A DNA stretch of 64,000 nt from Marsupella aquatica (lineage: Eukaryota > Plantae > Marchantiophyta). The position numbers and the translations under genes were made by a program. The DNA lies in assembly GCA_973895155.1 (NCBI GenBank), contig OZ316898.1, positions 11,183,187 through 11,247,186 of the forward strand. The letters run 5' to 3'. How positions within the stretch are numbered: the first letter of the stretch is position 1; each line of letters begins with the position of its first letter. This document shows, piece after piece, positions 12,821-23,593 of this stretch. Under the pieces are notes generated by a model. The model was not told where the DNA came from and searched no databases. It saw only the letters and a list, made by a program, of their open reading frames with translations.

Positions 12821-14804
12821 TTGTGTAGCCTGAGTTGATCAGCACGATGTGCCGCCCCTTCTCCAAACTCATTTTGGACAGGAAGGAGAGGTTCGATATT
12901 GTTTCAGCACACTCAAGGGCACAACTGTAGCTCGACTTAGTGTATCATTTTTTAGAGGTCATTATATATTTCATGGTCACGCCAATTTACTTTCTATTCA
13001 TTGATGATCTCACAATGCATTCTGTAGGGATTGGTTAGCATAAGCTTTCTGTACATGTAGGTCACAAGGAAGAAGGGAGCTTCTGGGTGCTTCACCGTTA
13101 TTATCATGCAAACGGTATCGATGTAGAGATATCAATTTAGTGATTCTCTGCGTCGAGGGCTCCATATTATCGGAGAGATTGTGTAGGATTATTCACAAGC
13201 AGTGAGGAATAGGCATCAATAGCCTTCCTTCTGTCTTGTTTGTGTTCAGGTACCTGGTTGGCAGTAAATGAGAACTTGGGAGAGTTGGGCGGCATGAGTT
13301 TCGGGGTTAGAGTGAACTTTTGTATGACCTCGTTACTGTCCTATATCCCTCAAATAGGTATTCTACCAGTTACTACACAACGCGCATATCATTTGAGTGC
13401 TCTATTTTCTTCATTCTATTTCGGGGTCTGCCTTGGAAGAAGCGTTTTGACTCATTGTGCATTTGATACCAAAAGAAAATGTTATTGAAGATTGGAAGAG
13501 TGTCCGCAATGCTGAACTAGGTCAGGGAGGGTTTCTAAGGGCCCAAGAGTGGCCAGTGGTCTTATTTTGTAACAAACCATTTTAGGGTATTCCGCTGCAG
13601 TATAATTGAGTAGCAATCAATTTGAGCCTTTAAACTCTTTTGTCGACGATAAATATACTCAAAAGGGTGACACTCGCTGAAAGTTGTGTCGTAGAGAGAA
13701 CATAAAGCCATCGCTGAGATAATAGCTTGAGATCGCAGTCTTGATACTTTTTTGTGTGGAACTACCTAAGCCAGTATGAGGATCCACGAACGGCGTTCAT
13801 GGCTGAGTTGGTTCTAGGACAAATACGTATGTTCAGTACTGCAGTGAGAAGGTGCTTCTTTGTCGGGACATTTGTTTCAAACGTACGGGAAAATTGACGA
13901 GTTTTCAGAGGTGTTTTTGTTCTGCGGAAAAATGGGGTAGTGGAAGGCGTGTAAATTAAATGAAAAAGGATCATGCTGTCAAATTCTATATGACAGGGAA
14001 GTATTTCACCACTTTCCCGGCACACGACCATGGTCTTGGAGTCAAGATTGTATAGACTCACGATGCCATCAGTACTGTAGGTTGCGCACTTCTTGCTCTA
14101 ACGATCTCAGATCTAAATGTGCCGGATAACGTCATATAAGCTCCAACCATTCAATATGAATCTCATGTCTGCGATTGGCAAGCTATGAGATCCAATCAGA
14201 TGGTCATAGACTCGTGACTGTATGTCAGAGTGTGTTACTGACCCTCCCATAAACAACCTTACTCATAGATCCAACTGTCACTCACGGCTATGTGTATGGT
14301 TTCTCTGATGTTCAATCGAGATCGTGAGTCCACACGACGAATGATCCAAAGTCACACTAAAAATGACATTACAGCGAAGACGCACTATGTAACAAAAACA
14401 CAAGCACAACAAATCATGGTCGTCACATACAGTTTGCGACCTTGGGATCATAGTAGGACAACCCACAACCCGTTCCTCATCTCCGTAGGTTCTTGGAAAG
14501 CCATTCCCCATAGTAAGTGCAAGATTCAAGAATTTTTATGGGGCGAACTTTTTGACATGATCTTGACCGGATCTTGGTCATGTAGCATCATCCCAATACT
14601 GACGAGGCCCTCATCATTCTGCACGTAAAAATCGAAGACAAGATTCGGTCACACACGAGCTGTGCGTGAGTATGTTTGTTACCCTCCATCTTTTCGTCCC
14701 GTGGTGCGTTGCACTGTAACCAATGGCGCCATTGAACACGTTGTGCCAGACGATGCAATGGAATAATCAGTAAATGCCCTCTCTCTCGCGGAAGGGGAGA
14801 ATAA

Positions 14805-17800
14805 ATGATGGCTTCGTTTGTTTATGAGTCTCTGGCCTTCCATAGCTTGGCATCAACTGCCAAATGGGAAAGCAGAAGGGAGGGATCCTTGGCTCAGGTA
14901 CGAGATCGTCGACGGCCTTTGAGCTCCAGACAGACTCAAGTGAAGGGAATAGTGAGGTGCGGGGTAGCTGAGAAGGATGGGGGACGAAAGGTGATCGTCA
15001 TTGGCGCTGGAGTGGGGGGATTGGCGGTCGGGGGAAAGTTGGCGTACGAGGGTTTCGATGTGCAGATTCTGGAGAAGAATGCAGAGGCTGGCGGTCGGTT
15101 GCAGTCTCTCTATGCTGAATTGGGAGAGCAGGAGACCTTCCGTTTCGATACTGGCCCAAGTCTGCTACTACTTCCTCAAAAATACCGAGACGCATTCACT
15201 GCTATGGGTACGAAGCCTTGCAACTTTCAGTGCTTTGAGAGTTTCAACGCCGATTCTCCCGAGCCATGGTATGGGATTGTTGATGTGGGGTAGTGGATCT
15301 CGTGTGACACTGACAGGTGAGAAGCTGGAGGACTACGTTGAACTCGAAAAGGTGGATCCCGTTGCATATAGAGTGTTCTTTGGCGAGGAGGAAGTCCCAC
15401 ATCACTTGGACTTGATGTACGATGTTCAGAAGATGTGTGCTCAACTGGAAAAGGTCGAAAAGGGCGCCGCTGCAAACTTTCTGCGCTTTCTTTCCAACGC
15501 GAAAGAAGCCCTTGACAAGGTCTTCCTCTCTGTTTCTCTGCTCCTATTGGCTGGCTAACTTTTCAGATGTGAATGTGATTTCAGGTAAGTCCCTTTTGAA
15601 ACTAGGTTAGTTAGATTCATTTCTTCCTGTAGTATCCAAGGAGCGTTCTATGCTCCCAACTTACGTACAAAGTCTGTAGAAGTATCACGATATTTAAAGC
15701 TGAGGATCCTGAAAGCTACGGAAATGCCATGGTCTACATCATGGCTTTATACGTAAGGATGTTAGGACCTTAATGAGAACAGGTCTTTTTGCACTCCTGA
15801 TTTATATGCTCCAATAAACGTTTCAGAAATTTTTATAGATCCGCAGTGTAATCTGTAAATGAAAAGCGACTTGCGTCCTTTTGAATCGCTTAAAAGTGGC
15901 AGTTGTGTAGAACGGTCCCTGTCCGCTGATTCGTTTTTTGTCGTAGTGATACGTTAGTTTCCGAATAGTGGAATCGCTACGACATGAAACTACCTCCGAT
16001 TCTCCCTGGACAATCTCCGCTGGTTTGTTTGCACCAAAGTAAATGCAATTCTTCTGAAACTGTTCCGTAAGTGAGTACGTCAGGGGATGTGGCAGCAATC
16101 ACAACCAAGATCAGCACATCTTCTTAGAGGCAATTACGCAGAGGGGATTATCAAAGGTTTTAATGAATTCAGGCAGAAACCTATCATTGAGTGGTTATTG
16201 TGGCTCGTTTTTCCCGTTTGTTTTATCCAGCTTGCTTTAGCGCTTTCACCTCCGTCCATGTGCTGTGGAAGGGCTTTTCTGAAAAGTGTTTATTGTCATG
16301 GCTAGTGTTTCCCTGGCTAACCCCTATTGTTGCTTACTCTTGGCAGGGAACAGAGAGCTTTATTGAGCGCGACTTTCGCACTTTTTGGGATTACGCTAAT
16401 ATCCCTCGTTTGTTACCCCTCCTCAAGCATCTCTCCCCTTTTGAACTCCTAGGACAGCATCATGCGCGCATGAAGAATTACTTCTCAAATCCCAAGCTTC
16501 AGGCTTTGTTTACCTTCCAAGTGAGTTTTGTGAATGACTTGATTTCCTTCAAGAAACCTATTGTTTAGATATTTGTATCCTCTGTGCTTCATTATTGATG
16601 TAGAGATCTCGGGAAATGCACGTACGAACTTGTAATCACTAGCATGTTTCTCTCTGGGCACATGTGGTGGTTTCCTCGCCAGGAGACAGCCAATAGCCTC
16701 TAAACCTCGAATGTTGAGCTCTAGATAGTTCCCTATCTCCACATACTTCAGGATCTTTTCACTCCGACTGATGACTCAATCAGAGAGCACTGTATGCAAA
16801 CGGATACAATGTTCTACACGGAGGCACAGCAAAGTTTTTTTATGGTGAACAATTGAGACACGGTGTCACGATTGAGGACAATTTTGGTGCATATGTTTGG
16901 ACTTCTATTACTGAGTTCAATATTACGGTATTACTTAGTGTGTTTAAATTTGCCTTCAGCTAATCATCGGGTGGATGGGTCCTTACGTAGGATTTGTACG
17001 TAGGTCTCACTCCGTACAATGCCCCCGGGGTTTTCAGCTTGCTGGCCGCGACAGAACTTACAGATGGCGTTTGGTATCCACTAGGAGGATTCGGGAAGGT
17101 GAGGGATGCTTTGGTACAAGCAGCCCAAAAGGCCGGAGCGAAAATACAAACCAAAACATCTGTAAAGAGGATTGAGCACATGAACGGCAAGGTAACGTTG
17201 TAGAGTCACTTTTCGATATTTGTTCTGAGCACATTGATTGAGATGCAATTGTTCCTGGACGTAGAAACTGCCGATCAGATGTTATGTTCCGTTGTCCTGG
17301 GTAGAAACTGCTTAAATAAGGATTTTATCACATTTTTTAATGGTTGAGAATATGGCTGATCTCAGCATGTGTAACAACCGGGAGTCGTACCATGGAGCCA
17401 GTGTTTCACGTTTCTTTGGATGTCAACAAAGTAGTCCAGGAGTCGACGTTGAAGAATCGCTTGTTTAATGATTGTGACAATAAGAGGTCTTGGAAGCCAG
17501 CCAGTTTGCTGTCTGAACGGAGAACTGATCGGTTCAAACAGAAATCAGAACGTAAATTAACTTGAATATTGTCTACAGGTAGTTGGTGTGACTCTTGAGG
17601 ATGGGAGCAATTTACGTGCGGATATCGTTGTGGCCAATGCTGATTTGCCATATGTCTACAACCAATTACTTAGCTCTGTAGGTGTGGGGCCATGATAATA
17701 CCCTGATCAGTTTATTTTATTTTATTGATTTTTAAGTGATATCTAGTGTTCAAAGGGTAAGAGGCGGCCTAAGGAGTATTGTTGGTCAGAGGCCACTCAG

Positions 17801-19453
17801 TCTTAATTCTTCTAGACGCTTTGAAGGTCTTATCTCTGGGATAAAGTCATTACCTGTCAATCATTGCAACAATGAATGAATCCAATTGATGTGAACGAGA
17901 GGTTTTGACAAAATTTCCTAGTTGGAGAGCAATCAAACAAATGTTTATAGATGATCTTCAGGACAGTGGCCCATGGAGGAGAAACGTTGGGAGAGGATAT
18001 ATCTCAGAAACGATAGACCCGACTGGGAAGTTGATCATCATCATGAATCCATCTCTTATCTTTAGCTTCTCTTTAAATGCAAATATTCTTGGAGCTAAGT
18101 TCTATTTCCATACACTGCAGTATAAGTGGCGGTCAGAATGTTGTGTGATTTTTCTTTACTCGTCTTCACGCGAAGTGTTGGTGTCCTTGCAAATCTATTT
18201 TGAGGGCACACTGGACTGGGCAAAATATCCATGTTGTAATCTGAAGCCCAATCATCAAGATTCGTAACTCTCCTCTGGCAGCCTGTCTGAACGATATTTC
18301 ATCACACTCTGTTTTAATTGTTTTTTATTTACCTTGATATTTGTGGAAACAGGGAACAAGCACGCAGAAAGACTAACACGATCAAAATACAGGTGACTCC
18401 TTATGAATTGTGTTTATCAGATCAGCTAGTCTAGGTCCAACTGCATTAGTTTCATTCAACTCTATTTGCGTTCTCTTCGTATGGTTGGAGTTCCCGAAAG
18501 AATTTGGAATTACACTCTCTTACAAGGAGGCTGATTTATTGCTGTGTGTGTAACAGTGCCAGTGTAATCTCTTTCAACTGGTCCCTGGATTGCCATCTGG
18601 GCGGGTTGAAGCACCATAACATATTCCTCTCTGAATCATATGAGAGAAGTTGGGATCGAGCAACTGACATGTCTACATTGTTGGACCAACCCAACTTTTA
18701 TTTGCATGCCCCTTCTCGGACTGATCCCAGTGTCTGCCCGAATGGTAATTCAGAAAACGATTGATTGAGTGTGTGCTGTCTAACTAAATGGCCGGACACC
18801 ATTTCATCAAGAGCTTTCTCATCATGGATTTGGATTCCTCGGATAAAGACTTCTCGTAGCCTGTCGCTGAACCTGAGTTGAACGGTAATTCTTAAAAGAG
18901 GCTAGAGTTTGAATTTTTGTTTGCTGCGGTCCCCTCTTTTGGTTCAGCCCGTAGCCCCAAAGGTTTGGTCTTTGTGATTGTTCAGGTTGAATTGTTTCGC
19001 ATCAGACTTATGATCCAATAGTAACTTAGCACCCTTTGCGCAGGTACTGATGCCATAACAGTGCTCCTTCCTGTTGCTCACTTTGGTGAAGGCTACAACG
19101 AACGCTATGCCGATGATGACAAGGCTATAGTAGACACTGCCAGGGAAAAAGTATTTGACAGGTTAAAGAGATCTGGCATTGGAGATATCTCTCCACATGT
19201 TCTTTCAGAGGTAGTGTATTCTCCGCCAATCTGGAGGGATTCTTACAACCTTCAACATGGGGCAACATTTGGTCTCTCTCATAATCTTCTACAGCTAGCT
19301 TATTTTCGTCCAGATGTTGCTGATTACTCAATTAAAGGGTTGTATTTTGCTGGGGCTTCTACTAGACCTGGCAATGGAGTCCCACTTGTGCTAATGGGGG
19401 CAAAACTAACCAGCAACAGAATTTTGGAAGATTGTAGGAAACTAACGATTTAG
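14805..19453 (+). CDS. crtI: CrtI-type (bacterial/fungal family) FAD-dependent phytoene desaturase-like protein with N-terminal transit-peptide-like extension, ~573 aa; 8 exons: 14805-15207, 15317-15519, 16347-16520, 16991-17191, 17579-17681, 18353-18392, 18557-18744, 19044-19453
   Basis: Exons sum to 1722 nt in one frame. Motifs in CrtI order: VIVIGAGVGGL, LEKNAEAGGR, RFDTGPSLLLLP, FTFQDLYVGLTPYNAPGVFSLL..ELTDGVWYPLGGF, DIVVANADL, HHNIFLS, FYLHAPSRTDPS, YNLQHGATFGLSHNLLQLAYFRP, GLYFAGASTRPGNGVPLVLMGAKL. Confidence 0.88.
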
Positions 19454-21994
19454 TTTATCTCCTATTCTTTGGCCTGTTAGGGTACTCTACGGGCTAGTGG
19501 ATTCTCCTTTATTGGAGGCTTTATGGACTCCCTGTTACTCATGATTTCTGTATGATCACTTGTACTGTTCCAGTGGCAATGAGGATGGCCTGTCGCAGGT
19601 CGTACTGTGGGCATGTTGTTGAGCTTTTAAGTGTTCAGCGTCTATGCCAGCAGCAAACTGCCTACCGTAAAGCGTTAGTCTATCCAGAGTAAATCCGTGC
19701 CTTCCTGCAATGAAAGAGAATGTGCAGACTTCTTTAGTTTCGATCCGAACACTGTACTCCTACAAGACTAACTTTAGACAATATTGTAGAGGAGCCCTTC
19801 GTGATTAAGCTTGAATTCTTCCCCCGTTCAGGTCATAGGAGCAACGTAAGTGCAGACCCGATAAATTTGCATGTTCTTATGCAGTGTCTTGAGCCGCGGC
19901 AGGGTGAAGATATTGGGAGAACGGGCATGAATGACAAAGAGTAGAGGCAAGATGGGTGACTATTTGTGATCGAGTCAGACGGTTCCTCATACTATCAAAT
20001 TCACTCTCTACCTCGTGATCAGAATGGAACAGGGCAGTGTTGGTATCCAGGACATACCAGGACTTATCCTCACCGTCAGCTCAGAGACACACGAGTTAGA
20101 GATAGTTGGGGCCATTCACCCCGGTCGAGGTATTCATTTACCGATTCTTGACCTACCTAGCACAATATAGAGCAATGACTAATTGCTCCTGTAAAACACC
20201 AAAATATCTGAGACGGAGCGTTTGTACCTTGTCATATACCCACGGAAGTACACAAAGGTATGCACAAACAAGTCGTCTCAGTTTGAGCCAGGTACGGTCT
20301 GCTTACCTCCCCATCCATGGCCTTCTCAGCAGTCTGAAATACAAAATCATCAGGCTTATTTCGTGAAAAACTCGCGGCGATGGGTTTCACGAGCTCAATA
20401 TAATAAGTGGAATAAGTAAATGAGCTCTCCACAAACCATGACAATTTGAGAGCCTGTGGCTGGATTATTAGGATATGTCTCATCAGCATTGGGCTTATAT
20501 CAATTAGTAAATTTGCTTTTCTTTTGAACTCTAGTTAATGTCATGATAAGTAAAGCAGGATTATTCTGTCCTCCAAGTATAGCGGCACTCATTAGCGTCA
20601 GATTCATATCCACGGTTCTGAATAATTGCTTTCTAGTCTACTACTAGACAATTGATATCCCCTGGTGTCCGACACAGAACGAATCCATCTCTTGAAGACC
20701 TTTTGCTTTTTGCTAGTCCCGTCCAAAGGAATAGGAATTGGAGTTCGTTTAATTGTCGTAACTGATGATAATATAACCTATCGTCCACGCTGGAAGGAAG
20801 CGGAATTCTAAAGACTTTATGGTATTTCCGTTCAATCGAGAAAGAATCGAAAGTTAAAAACGAATTGGAGGTGTTCTTATTGTAACTCATGACATTTCAT
20901 TCCATCTTTGGATGCAAGGAAGGAAGCTGTGTCTTGAAGACCTCATGCTAGTCCCGGTCCATCGGAACAAGTTGCAGATTTTCTAAGTGTGGCTCCTGGC
21001 GGTTTAGATATTCCATCTGTCGCAATAGAACAAGACCTTTTAAGAAATGTTTTTTGTTGGCAAGAAAGAAGCTTTAGATGTTTATTGACATTCATCCCTA
21101 GTAATAATAAGAGAGACACAGAGACAAGACCTAGGTCAATACATTGCAGGTAGAGTCAAAAGAAGTAGAGATCATCTCTTCTTCAACATCGACGAATAAC
21201 AAAAGGTAAGAACCATAAAGAACCGAAATAGTCGGTAAACTGTCAATAGAATATCTTCTAGAAAGGCCAGTGTGAAACTTTTGGGCATACTGACAGATTG
21301 CAGCCGAACCAAAAATGTTGGATGGTTGGTGGAGTCCATGCGCGATCATGTACCCATGAAAAGCATGTGAAGTAGGGGAAAAGCTACGAATGGAGGTGCT
21401 CCTGCGATGGGCTCATCCATGCATTTGAAACCAAAGGATCGTCCATCCCTGTAGCTGAGCCGGATCCCCTTAAAATAACAAGAAAAAAACCTCATCCCGC
21501 TGCTCCATCTTAGATTTCCAGAATATCTTTCAACGCAATAAACAATGACAGCAAACTCTAAGGCTCTTGGATCAAGGCATGACGTTGTCTCCACCAAACA
21601 CGCGTCTGATCCCAGCTACAGTGTTAAGCAAAACTACCCAACTAAGACCAACTCGAAGTATGAGGCCAAATCGAGAGCCTCAGATCGCCAATGTACTGCA
21701 GGCCACTATCAATTTCTTCTGTCATTGTCTGAGTGAGAGAAACCCATCTCCTTGTCACAACGGTACTCGTGATTAGACTCAGGAAAGGAGCGGAGCTGTT
21801 GATTAGTGTGGATGACGGACGGGCCGAAAGGATAACCATCTCCTTGTGCATGATGTGACGCGACGACTTAAAATATGATAAAGAGTGATTCGCAGACGAC
21901 TCCGCCACTTCAGACAGCTTCTGTCCCTTGCACAATCAAGTAAGCTGTGCTTAAAACTAAGGAGAAATATGTGAGTAGATTAAGCCACCACTAC

Positions 21995-22109
21995 CCATAA
22001 ATAGTACCATTTTCTTGAAATTATGGAGCAAAATGGCTGGATTTGCACCCCCATAAATAGTACCATTTTTTTCTGAAATTATGGAGCAAAGTGGCTGGAC
22101 TTGCTCCCC
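21995..22109. repeat. Tandem duplication, ~57 bp x2
   Basis: cccataaatagtaccatttt..gaaattatggagcaaaRtggctggaYttgc occurs twice. Confidence 0.88.
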
Positions 22110-22140
22110 AGATAAGAAGAATGAGTGACTGGAATAAAAG

Positions 22141-22263
22141 GAGAAATCTTCGACACTCTTCTCTTTTTAGTAGCTAGAGTCGAGAAATCGTGGTCACTCC
22201 TCTCTTTTAAGTAGCTAGAGTTGAGAAATCGTGGACACTCCTCTCTTTTAAGTAGCTAGAGTC
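22141..22263. repeat. Tandem repeat, 41 bp x3
   Basis: The unit gagaaatcgtggacactcctctcttttaagtagctagagt(c/t) is repeated three times with no spacers. Confidence 0.9.
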
Positions 22264-22990
22264 CAGTAGTGCCAACATTAATTGACAGCAAGCACTGAGC
22301 AAATGAGCCCAACACGAAAATGGTGCACTTTAGCGCTCTGGCGGTCCTTTGGATGTCAATAATTAGTGAGGACAAAAAGAAACCCATTTCACACTCTTAT
22401 AAGCCTAATGCCTGCTCTTAAACTAGAACTCCCCCTTCAAGAGCTATGGGTTACCCGTAGGATCCAAAAATAATTATTAACAATAATTTTTCCCTGGAAT
22501 AGTGGAACAGACTGGCACCTTAGAGGAAAGAAGTGACTGGAATGTGAAAAAGGGAGCAGTCTTTGACACCTCCCCCTTATATGGGACCTTGTGGTTTAAG
22601 AGATACACGAGCCCAATGGCAATCCTTTGGACCTCAATAATTAGGGAGAACAAAAGGAAGCCCATTTCGTGTTCCACCCCTGGATGGTACTTTTCTACCT
22701 TGATTGGCTAGTCAGGGTCCAGAGGCCTCATTGTAGACCATAACCCTTATTTTAGCTTCTCTTATATGGTTACATGTGTTTGCTTTCCCCTTGTTTTTTA
22801 CCCTTTATTGGGTCTCTAGCCTTTTGGATCCGGTCATCTCCCTCCTGGTATGGGGCCTTTTGTACTTTTTCCATGATTATACATATATCTGTTTTTTGCT
22901 ATTCATTTGCCTCATGGTTCCAAAGCTGGGATGGACTGACTCTAAACTTCAAAAACTTCTTGGATAACACTCTTTACACTTTTGAGCTAA

Positions 22991-23593
22991 CAGCTTTTTG
23001 CTAAGCTGCCCCCCTAACTGTCACCAAATGTGGCTGTATCCTGTCCCCCAAACAATTTTATTTCCCACTATGTCCCATTCCGTATCTGGGTTAGTATACA
23101 GTGTACACTGGCTTAACAGTGCCACATGGCAAGGCGTGAGTGGGCTGCATTTATGTGAGTAAAACAGGGGCAAAGGTCGGGCCGTTTTGGCTCCTTGCGG
23201 GTCTCACTACTCATGAGGGGAAATTCGGGCCTCAGTACTTGGTGATGGGAAAGTTGGGGGGCTGCTCCTCCCAAACCTGAGTACTTGGTGAGGGCGAAGT
23301 CAGGAGGGCTTTGGCTCTTACTGGGCCTCGACACTTTGTGGGGGGGTGGCCGGGCCATTTTGGCTTTTCCTGGGCCTGCGTCAACGGCCCGCCATGGGAA
23401 AGGAGGGGGACAAGGGGCAAGTCAAGGCGATTTCACCCGCAGCCCACTCACGCCTTGGCATGTGGCACTGTTAAGCCAGTGTAGGCTGTATGCTAACCCA
23501 GATACGGAATGGAGGGCATAAGTGTAAATAAAATTGTTTGGGGGACAGGATACTAAATTTGGACAGTTAGGGTGACAGCTTAGTAAAAAGCTG
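22991..23593. mobile_element. Non-autonomous Mutator-like (MULE) foldback element/MITE
   Basis: ~155 bp terminal inverted repeats (cagctttttgctaagctg...gcgtgagtgggctgc versus gcagcccactcacgcc...cagcttagtaaaaagctg) flanked by a perfect 10-bp duplication TTTGAGCTAA (22981-22990 and 23594-23603). Confidence 0.88.

Noticed and set aside
14805-19453. Annotating this gene as plant PDS/ZDS or CRTISO, or as bacterial contamination
   Set aside because: The motifs follow the CrtI/AL-1 pattern rather than PDS/ZDS or CRTISO, and seven GT-AG introns plus plant neighbours argue against contamination.
19889-19916. miR171-like words (TTGAGCCGCG ... GATATTGG)
   Set aside because: Only 10-nt and 8-nt partial matches, with no precursor hairpin or full target site.
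21705-21725. miR156-like TGACAGAAGA on the minus strand
   Set aside because: The match ends after 10 nt and the potential stem with 21542-21551 does not extend.
22141-22263. 41-bp x3 repeat (and the 18-bp array at 47450) as a CRISPR array
   Set aside because: Head-to-tail repeats with no unique spacers, no cas genes, and a eukaryotic context.
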